Assembly (NCBI GenBank): GCA_039683575.1
Contig: JBDKRC010000216.1
Location: 1 to 12,034 of the forward strand
Origin: Armatimonadia bacterium
GTDB taxonomy: Bacteria > Armatimonadota > Zipacnadia > Zipacnadales > UBA11051
Length of the DNA: 12,034 nt
Direction of reading: 5' to 3'
The position numbers and the translations under genes were made by a program. Below the pieces are notes generated by a model, which saw only the letters and a program-made list of their open reading frames with translations, was not told the DNA's origin and searched no databases. Below are positions 1 to 6,454 of the stretch, in pieces (positions within the stretch are counted from its first letter, which is position 1; each line of letters opens with the position of its first letter).

Positions 1-404
1 CACATCCGGTCCTTGAACACCGCGAACGATGGCGACACCCGCGCGCACCAACCCGGATCATCCGTCTCGAGTGTCCACTGCGCCCCATCCGCCGAAGACC
101 AGACTTTGTTGCTGTTCTCGGCCCCCGGCAGCTTCCGCCCGCCCATGAACCACATCCGCCCCTTGTAGACCATCGCCGCCGACAAGTCGCTATGCTCCCA
201 CGGCGCCACCTCCACCGTCCGCGTCCAGGTCTTCCCATCCGGCGACTTCCACACGTCCCGCGGATTCGGCTCCTGCGCCGCAAACCACCCGCCAAGAATC
301 CACAGTTGATCCTCAAACACAAACTCCCCTTGCGAATCCCGCGCCACCCACTCCGCCTGCGGGTTAACCAGCACCCAATCCGGCCCCTGTTTGACGTCAC
401 TCAT
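1..404 (-). CDS. Kelch/Asp-box repeat beta-propeller protein, 3' end outside the window
   Basis: Manual translation from ATG 404: MSDVKQGPDWVLVNPQAEWVARDSQGEFVFEDQLWILGGWFAAQEPNPRDVWKSPDGKTWTRTVEVAPWEHSDLSAAMVYKGRMWFMGGRKLPGAENSNKVWSSADGAQWTLETDDPGWCARVSPSFAVFKDRM. The frame is open to the window edge. It has ~50-aa repeats with Kelch-type 'V(F/Y)xxx(L/M)WxxGG' and Asp-box-like 'VWxSxDGxxW'. Not in the ORF track because no stop lies in the window. Confidence 0.88.
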   Translation of the reverse strand, partial: MSDVKQGPDWVLVNPQAEWVARDSQGEFVFEDQLWILGGWFAAQEPNPRDVWKSPDGKTWTRTVEVAPWEHSDLSAAMVYKGRMWFMGGRKLPGAENSNKVWSSADGAQWTLETDDPGWCARVSPSFAVFKDRM

Positions 405-456
405 GGCAACACCCCATACCATCGGAATCATCAACTATTGCCGCCCCGCGCCCCCT

Positions 457-516
457 TTTGTCATACCGAACGAAGTGAAGCATCTCGGGATCCTTCGCTT
501 CCCTCAGGATGACAAA
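457..516. repeat. 60-bp imperfect palindromic repeat (TGTCAT...GAAG...ATGACA type), copy 1
   Basis: Arms 457-486 and 487-516 are complementary at 23/30 positions. The left arm matches the reverse complement of 4356-4385 at 27/30. Confidence 0.85.
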
Positions 517-585
517 GCGTGTTTCGCCCCCACCCCTCACGTTCCTCTTCCTCCCCCGCGAGGTATCCCCTTCCCACATGACGAA

Positions 586-591
586 TATACT
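586..591 (+). promoter_or_regulatory. possible -10 hexamer for the radical SAM gene
   Basis: TATACT 37 nt upstream of ATG 629 in GC-rich DNA. No convincing -35. Confidence 0.25.
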
Positions 592-628
592 GGCGCACTA
601 CTCCAGGTTCTCCCGATCGTGGTGAAAT

Positions 629-1870
629 ATGTATAACGCCCGCCCGGACAACGTCTACATCGCAGACTGGGCCCTGCGCGACCCTCGCGCCCAGGAACGC
701 CTCTACCGCCTCGCCGCGGGCTTCGGCCACCCCAACCCGCCTGTCCTCACCCCCGCCGAACTCGCCGAGGCCGTGGACAAACACGGTTGGACGGGCTCCT
801 GGAGGGCCCGCAAGGGCCAGGCCGACTCCGGACACGATCCCGATGTCGTCCTCGGAGCCTATCTGCTCGATGCCGACGAACTCGCGCAGAACCTCGACCG
901 CTACCCGCAACTCCGCTACACGCTGCTCGGCGGCCAGGGCATGCATACCCTCCGCGACAGCCGCTGGCACCGCCAGAACGAGGAGGGCATCTGCCAGACC
1001 GCCGTCGAGATCCACTGCGCCTATGGCTGCCTACACGCCTGCCAGTACTGCCACATCGGCAACGTCCTCACCATCGCCACCAACCTCGAGGCTCTCACCG
1101 ACGCCCTCCCCGGCCTCATCGCCGCAAACCGCACGACCCGCCTCTGGAAGTTCGACAACTACACCGACACCATCTGCTTCGAGCCCGAGTACGGCGCCTC
1201 CGAACTCATGGTCAACTTCTTTGCCAGAGAGTCCGATAACTTCTTGCTGCTATACACCAAGAGTGACAACGTAGATCACCTGCTGGAACTCCAGCCACGG
1301 GGAAAGACGCTCATCAGTTGGTCTCTCGCCGGGCCCCGCACCGCCCTGCTCATCGAAAAGCGCGCCCCTTCCACGGCCGTCCGGATCAACGCCATGCGCA
1401 AGGTGCAACAAGCCGGTTACCGCGTTCGCGTCCGTTTCTCCCCCATCTGTCCCATCGAGGGCTGGCAGGACGACGTGACGGCCATGGTCGAGCAGCTTTT
1501 CGCCCAGGTCCAGCCTGAACTGATAACGATGGACGTACTCGGGTGGATGAACGCCCGCCAGATGCAGGAAGCGCTCGACACCTCCCTGCTGGACCCCAAG
1601 TTCCGCCAATTCGTCTACGAACAAGCCGAGATCCCGCCGGGCAAGCACAAGAAGCACCTCTTCCCGCACGCGTGGCGCGCTGAGATCATGCGCCACGCCC
1701 TCCGCGAGATCAGGCGCCTCAGCCCCGACACCCCGGTTTCGATCTGCATGGAAACCATGGACATGTGGCGCGAACTGGGCGCGGAGCTAAGAATGGACCC
1801 GGACCGCTACGCCTGCTGCTGCGGCCCCGACAGCGTCCCCGGCCACCCCCGCCTGGGCCTGCCGGCCTAG
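629..1870 (+). CDS. radical SAM protein of the spore photoproduct lyase (SplB-like) family
   Basis: CxxxCxxC motif CLHACQYC at 1028-1051. SPL-family-like segments 'YTD.ICFEP', 'LYTKSDNVDHLL', 'G.TLISWSL', 'RINAMRKVQQAGYRVRVRFSPI' and 'SICME'. C-terminal YACCCG. Confidence 0.85.
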   Translation: MYNARPDNVYIADWALRDPRAQERLYRLAAGFGHPNPPVLTPAELAEAVDKHGWTGSWRARKGQADSGHDPDVVLGAYLLDADELAQNLDRYPQLRYTLLGGQGMHTLRDSRWHRQNEEGICQTAVEIHCAYGCLHACQYCHIGNVLTIATNLEALTDALPGLIAANRTTRLWKFDNYTDTICFEPEYGASELMVNFFARESDNFLLLYTKSDNVDHLLELQPRGKTLISWSLAGPRTALLIEKRAPSTAVRINAMRKVQQAGYRVRVRFSPICPIEGWQDDVTAMVEQLFAQVQPELITMDVLGWMNARQMQEALDTSLLDPKFRQFVYEQAEIPPGKHKKHLFPHAWRAEIMRHALREIRRLSPDTPVSICMETMDMWRELGAELRMDPDRYACCCGPDSVPGHPRLGLPA

Positions 1871-1880
1871 GCTGAACAGG

Positions 1881-1905
1881 CTGTACGAGCGGCATCCTGC
1901 CGCGA
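1881..1905 (+). repeat. REP-like hairpin, GTA(C/G)GA-GCG..CGC-GA family
   Basis: CTGTACGA-GCGGCA-TCC-TGCCGC-GA. Same frame as 8071-8095 and 10471-10494. Confidence 0.75.
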
Positions 1906-1917
1906 GATGACACCGCT

Positions 1918-1939
1918 GGAGCCCGGCTTCCAGCCGGGC
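1918..1939 (+). repeat. REP-like hairpin with GGAG head
   Basis: GGA-GCCCGGCT-TCC-AGCCGGGC: perfect 8-bp stem with a TCC loop. Confidence 0.65.
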
Positions 1940-2027
1940 GGGCGGCATGCCGACCAATGCACCTTCCTTGACTCAGATAACCACACACGCCGTCTGGCTA
2001 TCACACCGCAAACCCGGAGACCCTCCC

Positions 2028-3125
2028 ATACCCACCACACTCCAAATCGGCCCCCGCCTGCTCGGCGCCGACCACCCGGTCCTCATCACCGCCGAGTGCG
2101 GCATCAACCACAACGGCCAACTCGACCTCGCCCTCCGGCTCATTGACGCCGCCGCCGCTGCCGGGGCCGAGGCCATGAAGTTCCAGCTCTTCCGCGCCGA
2201 CGGCATGTACACCCCCGAGGCCGGCGACTACCTCGCCTCCACCGGCCAGATGATGCCGATCTACTCGCTCATGGAAGAGCTTCAGCTCCCCCTGGACTGG
2301 ATTCCGCACCTCTCCCGCGCCTGCCGTGACAATGGCGTCCTCTTCATCATGACCGTCTGCGACGAGTGGTGCGTCCAGGCCATGGACGATTTCGACTTCG
2401 ACGTCTACAAAGTCGCCTCCTACGAGGTCGGCCACCTCCCGATGCTCGCCGAACTGGCCAAACGCGACAAGCCCATCTTCATGTCCACTGGCTGTGCCAA
2501 CCTCAGCGAGGTCGAAGAGGCCCTCGGCGTCCTGGGCAACCGCACCATCGGTCTCTTCCAGTGCACCGCCAAATACCCGGCCCCCGAGGACTCCCTCAAC
2601 CTCAGCGTCATCGAAACCTATGCCGAACGCTTTCCCTACTGCGTTCCGGGCTTCTCAGACCACTCCCGCGATCCCGTCAAAGCCCCCGTGCAGGCCGTCT
2701 ATCACGGCGCCCGCATGGTGGAAAAGCACTTCACCCTCGACCGCAACCTCCCCGGCGCCGACCACAGCTTCGCCGCCGAGCCTCAGGACCTCCGCGCCTT
2801 GGTGCAAGCCGTCCGTGAGGCCGAGGCGCGCCTGGCCGCCGGCGATATTCCACCCCTCGACCCCATCCTCGCCGGCCACCCTCAAAAGCACGTGGAACCC
2901 ATCGAGGCCGGCCTGCGCGACTTCGCCACCCGCGGGATCTTCACCATCCGCGACCTCAAGCGCGGCGAGACCTTCACTCGCGACAACCTTCGCGTCCTGC
3001 GCCCCGGCCAACTCCCCCAGGGCCTCCACCCCCGCCACTTCGAAGGCCTGCTGCAAAAGAAAACTGCAGCCCGCGACCTCTCGGCCTGGCACGGGCTGCA
3101 GTTGGATGACGTCGCTGACGTGTAG
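2028..3125 (+). CDS. spsE: SpsE-type NeuB-family nonulosonic acid (N-acetylneuraminate/legionaminate-type) synthase with C-terminal SAF domain
   Basis: NeuB motifs AECGINHNG, KFQ, KVASYE, STG, CTAKYPAP, GFSDHS, EKHFTLD and LPGADHSFA. Segments TVCDE, RDFATRGIFT and VLRPGQLPQGLHPRHFE closely recall Bacillus subtilis SpsE. The ORF is open from ATG 1947, but homology and the SD GGAGA (2016-2020) point to ATA 2028. Confidence 0.92.
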   Translation: MPTTLQIGPRLLGADHPVLITAECGINHNGQLDLALRLIDAAAAAGAEAMKFQLFRADGMYTPEAGDYLASTGQMMPIYSLMEELQLPLDWIPHLSRACRDNGVLFIMTVCDEWCVQAMDDFDFDVYKVASYEVGHLPMLAELAKRDKPIFMSTGCANLSEVEEALGVLGNRTIGLFQCTAKYPAPEDSLNLSVIETYAERFPYCVPGFSDHSRDPVKAPVQAVYHGARMVEKHFTLDRNLPGADHSFAAEPQDLRALVQAVREAEARLAAGDIPPLDPILAGHPQKHVEPIEAGLRDFATRGIFTIRDLKRGETFTRDNLRVLRPGQLPQGLHPRHFEGLLQKKTAARDLSAWHGLQLDDVADV

Positions 3126-3226
3126 AGGCCACCTCGGCTCCATCTGAGATCTGGGGCACCCCAGACAGGTCAACCCCCTGACTACGCGGAACTACCAACC
3201 ATCTGACGCCTGGAGGACATAGGCAA

Positions 3227-4285
3227 ATGGACAAAGTACGCATCGCGGTAATCGGCTGTGGCGGGATCAGTGCCGCTCACATCAACGGCATCCTCGCCGA
3301 GCCCCGCGCTGAACTCGTTTACTGTGTGGACACCAACGAAGACCTCGCCCGCGAGAAGGCGGAGACCGCCGGCTGCAAGTTCGCCACCGACTACCTCAGC
3401 ATCCTCGACGAAGTGGATGCCGTGGACATCTGTACCCCGCCCCATCTGCACGCCGAGATGACCATCGCCGCCGCCCACGCCGGTAAGCACGTCCTGTGCG
3501 AGAAGATCATGGCCATCAACCTCGATCAGGCCGAGGCCATGATCGAGGAGACCGACAAGGCGGGCATCGTCTTCATGGTCGCCTTCGTCCTGCGCTATCG
3601 CCGCGAGTTCATGATCCTCAACGAGCTCTGCAAGAGCGGCAAACTCGGTCAGATTCACCAGGCCTACGCCCAGACTTCGATGAACATGGGCGTACCCCCC
3701 AAGGAATGGCGCCGCAGCGTCGAAACCCACCCCTTCGGCTGCTACATGTCCCACGGCTGCCACTACGTTGACCAGCTTATCTGGCACGTCGGCGAGATCG
3801 TCGAAACCACCTCGCTCGGCAACGCCATGACCATGGCCGACTGGATCCCCGGCGGCGACGACACCACCTGCGCGATCTTCAAGCACCAAAGCGGCGCCGT
3901 CAGTGCCTACGTCGAAAGCTGGGCCACCCCCTTCCCCATCACCCGCCTGAAGATCGACGTCTACGGCAAGGAAGGCTCAGCCCGCGTCGAATACCTCGCC
4001 GACAACCGCCGCATCGTTGAACTCACCAACGCCGAGGGCACCCAGCGCCTCTGGGAGTTCGACCCGAACAATCAGGAGATGATGGACGTCTTCGGCGGCG
4101 CCAAGGATATGCACGGCCAGATTAGCCACTTCGTCGAGTGCGTGATCGAGGGCAAGCAGCCCACGACCCACGGCCGCGAGGGCATCAAGGCCATGCAGGT
4201 CATCAGCGCCTCCATGGAAGGCGAGCACACCGGCCGCATCGTGGATGTTCAGGAATACCTGGCGAACCGCAAGCGCAACGGGTAG
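3227..4285 (+). CDS. Gfo/Idh/MocA family NAD(P)-dependent oxidoreductase
   Basis: Rossmann start 'RIAVIGCGGIS', 'ICTPPHLH', 'AGKHVLCEK' and 'HGCHYVD'. SD GGAGG at 3212-3216. Confidence 0.93.
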   Translation: MDKVRIAVIGCGGISAAHINGILAEPRAELVYCVDTNEDLAREKAETAGCKFATDYLSILDEVDAVDICTPPHLHAEMTIAAAHAGKHVLCEKIMAINLDQAEAMIEETDKAGIVFMVAFVLRYRREFMILNELCKSGKLGQIHQAYAQTSMNMGVPPKEWRRSVETHPFGCYMSHGCHYVDQLIWHVGEIVETTSLGNAMTMADWIPGGDDTTCAIFKHQSGAVSAYVESWATPFPITRLKIDVYGKEGSARVEYLADNRRIVELTNAEGTQRLWEFDPNNQEMMDVFGGAKDMHGQISHFVECVIEGKQPTTHGREGIKAMQVISASMEGEHTGRIVDVQEYLANRKRNG

Positions 4286-4305
4286 TAGCGAGCACTGACC
4301 ACATA

Positions 4306-4385
4306 GTCATCCTGAGCCCCGGACGTCTGCGTCCGGAGACGAAGGATCCCCGAACGGGATGCTTCACTTCGTTCAGCATGACAAA
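4306..4385. repeat. TGTCAT-type palindromic repeat, copy 2, inverted, with a nested hairpin
   Basis: GTCATCCTGAG...GAAGGATCCC-CGAAC-GGGATGCTTCACTTCGTTCAGCATGACAAA. A 17-nt core is identical to 468-484 in reverse complement. Internal CCGGACG-TCTG-CGTCCGG hairpin at 4319-4336. Confidence 0.85.
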
Positions 4386-4388
4386 CGT

Positions 4389-4424
4389 TGAGCGCGCTGC
4401 AGGTCGCGACCCGCAGCGCGCTCA
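4389..4424. repeat. 36-bp near-perfect palindrome
   Basis: TGAGCGCGCTGCAGGTCG / CGACCCGCAGCGCGCTCA, complementary at 17/18. Confidence 0.8.
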
Positions 4425-4449
4425 CAACGATTCCCACCCGAGGCCCCCA

Positions 4450-6201
4450 GTGACCAAAGCCCAGAGCCGCCTCCTGCTCATTCTCCTAGGCCTCCTCTTC
4501 CTCGCCTACGGTGGCCTCTACGTCTACCGTACCTCCTTCGTCATCGACGGCACCCGTTACTACTGCCTCTTCGACGATGCCATGATCTCCATGACCTACG
4601 CCCGCACCCTCGCGCAGGGCCACGGCCTCGTCTGGTACCCCGGCGCCGACCGCGTCGAGGGCTTCACCAACCTGCTCTGGACCCTCTACATGGCCGCCCT
4701 GCACCTCACGGGCCTGCCCAACCGCCTGATGAGCCTCCCCGTCCAGCTATCCGCCCTTGCCCTCCTCGCCCTCAACCTCTTCCTCGTCTACCGCCTCGCC
4801 CAACGCCTGGTGCCGCGCCCACTGGAAGAGCCCGAGACTGACACCGTGCCTGTTTTCCCGGCTATCGCCGTCCTCTTCGTCGCCTTCTATCAGCCCCTCC
4901 TCATGTGGAGCCTGCAGGGCATGGAAGTCGCCGCCCTCGCCCCCCTCGTAACCGGCTGTCTCCTCCTCGCCACCCGTCTGACCGCAGCCCAACCCGGCAG
5001 TCCACAGCCCGTTACCGCTCAGCCCGATGCCGCTGAGCCCGTCAACCCACCAGTAGCGCGGGCGGCCCGCCCGCGCCCCTTCATCCTCCTCTATTTCCTC
5101 CTCGGCCTCGGCACCCTCATCCGCCCCGACGCCGCCGTCGTCCTGATCGCCATCAGCCTCTTCCTCATCGTCACCGACCGCGCCCGCCGCTTTCAGCACC
5201 TTATCTTTCTCGCCGCCACCGCCCTCATCTGCCTCGGCGGCCAGACCGTCTTCCGGATCATCTACTACCATGACCTCTTCCCGAACACTTATTACCTCAA
5301 GATGACCGGCTACCCGGTCTTCCTGCGCCTGACCCGCGGCCTGTTTGCGCTCGTCTCTACCGCCTGGAACATCAACTGGCTCCTGTGCCTGCTCCCCTTC
5401 GGCCTGCTACTCCTCAAGCCCAGCCGTGAGATCAAGCTCATTCTCTGGGTCTTCCTCGCCCAGGCCGCCTACAGCGTCTACGCCGGCGGCGACGCCTGGG
5501 AATGGACCGGCGGCACCAACCGCTACCTCGTCATTGCCATGTCGGCCTTCCTGACCCTCCTCGCCCTGGCGCTCACTGCCCTCGGTCGCGCCATAGCTCA
5601 TTGCTCGCCTCTGTTGCAGCCCGGCTCCCGGTCTCATCGCCCGCTGACCCTTCTCGCCGTCTTGCTCCTGCTCGCAGTGACAGTGGACCTGAGCATGCCC
5701 TCCAACCTGCGCCCCGGCCAGGAATGGCCTCTCCTCACAGCCCCACTCTACCGGCAGGAGAACGAAAGCCTCACCCGCCAGGCTCTGCTCGTCCGGCAGG
5801 TCACCACACCCGAGGCCACCGTCGGCGTCATCTGGGCCGGCGTCATCCCCTACTTCTCCGAGCGCCCCGTTGTTGATCTCTTCGGCAAGAGCGACCGCCA
5901 CATCGCCCGCCTTGCCGTCCAGCCGGTCTCCGGCCGCCGCCGCTTCTGGGCCTTCTACCCCGGCCACATGAAGTCCGACATGCCCTACACTCTCTCCCAG
6001 CAGCGCCCGGACTTCATCCCGCTGCTCTTTGATGACCTGGTTAGCGCCGCCGGCAAGCAACTCCAGCGCGACTACGACAGCGCCGAGATCATGTCTCAGC
6101 GCATGTGGTGGCGCAAGTCATCCCCTTACGTCCGCACGGACGTACTCCGTCGCCTGGCGGCCGGTCCAACGGTCGCCATGTCCGCCGCCACCGCGCGGTA
6201 G
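4450..6201 (+). CDS. polytopic membrane GT-C-fold glycosyltransferase (AftB/ArnT-like)
   Basis: After TM1 comes 'FDDAMISMTYARTLAQGHGLVWYPGADRVEGFTNLLW', the DD..I...A..L..G.G....G..VEG pattern of AftB-like GT-C proteins. Also 'GME', 'IRPD', 'YYHDLFPNTYYLK', 'GGD.WE...RYL' and a periplasmic 'AGVIPYFS...VDLFG'. Many TM helices. Start placed at GTG 4450 with GAGG at 4440-4443. Confidence 0.82.
   Translation: MTKAQSRLLLILLGLLFLAYGGLYVYRTSFVIDGTRYYCLFDDAMISMTYARTLAQGHGLVWYPGADRVEGFTNLLWTLYMAALHLTGLPNRLMSLPVQLSALALLALNLFLVYRLAQRLVPRPLEEPETDTVPVFPAIAVLFVAFYQPLLMWSLQGMEVAALAPLVTGCLLLATRLTAAQPGSPQPVTAQPDAAEPVNPPVARAARPRPFILLYFLLGLGTLIRPDAAVVLIAISLFLIVTDRARRFQHLIFLAATALICLGGQTVFRIIYYHDLFPNTYYLKMTGYPVFLRLTRGLFALVSTAWNINWLLCLLPFGLLLLKPSREIKLILWVFLAQAAYSVYAGGDAWEWTGGTNRYLVIAMSAFLTLLALALTALGRAIAHCSPLLQPGSRSHRPLTLLAVLLLLAVTVDLSMPSNLRPGQEWPLLTAPLYRQENESLTRQALLVRQVTTPEATVGVIWAGVIPYFSERPVVDLFGKSDRHIARLAVQPVSGRRRFWAFYPGHMKSDMPYTLSQQRPDFIPLLFDDLVSAAGKQLQRDYDSAEIMSQRMWWRKSSPYVRTDVLRRLAAGPTVAMSAATAR
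4984..5076 (+). repeat. intragenic 15-nt tandem repeats followed by an in-frame GTAG REP-like hairpin
   Basis: Four degenerate 15-nt units at 4984-5043 (AAQPG/SPQPV/TAQPD/AAEPV), then GTA-GCGCGGGCG-GCC-CGCCCGCGC at 5053-5076 with a perfect 9-bp stem. Confidence 0.65.
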
Positions 6202-6454
6202 CCGCCAGAAAACTCTCCGTGCGTCCCCGACCTCCACTCCAGCCCCATCTCGACACTCAGCATGCCGGGCCCCATCCTTCCGGGAGGCAGCAGGGAGTGA
6301 AGCACAAACGGGGAACTATGGGTGCAGCCGGTCAAGGCCGAGGGCAGTAGCTCACTAGTGGCGGGCCGGTTCACAATCCTGAGCCGCCTGCGCCTCTGCC
6401 GTAGCCATCTGCCGCTGACGAGCACCTGATGTCCCTGATAGTGGAGCGTCGCCT

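Noticed and set aside
192..636. Short ORFs 192-512, 391-636 and 397-579
   Set aside because: They are shadows of the minus-strand propeller gene, or translations of the palindromic repeat (e.g. CHTERSEAS, VILREAKD).
1968..2004. TTGACT...TATCAC as a spsE promoter
   Set aside because: The spacing is 25 nt, incompatible with sigma70.
1947..2027. ATG 1947 as the spsE start
   Set aside because: No clear SD, it begins at the end of a repeat hairpin, and the extension is non-homologous. Kept only as an alternative.
3150..3165. TCTGGGG-CA-CCCCAGA palindrome after spsE
   Set aside because: Short, no U-tract and single copy. It cannot be called a terminator or operator.
4138..4449. N-terminal 104-codon extension of the 687-aa ORF
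   Set aside because: It overlaps the oxidoreductase by 148 nt and reads through two palindromic repeats. The membrane-protein sequence and an SD begin at GTG 4450.
6308..6372. Resemblance to a c-di-GMP-II riboswitch (GGAACTATG, GTGCAGCCGG, GGGCA)
   Set aside because: The motif pieces are in the wrong order and spacing, and I cannot build the pseudoknot. An Infernal/Rfam search would settle it.
6416..6445. CTGACGAG hammerhead-like core
   Set aside because: No matching GAAA core or flanking stems.
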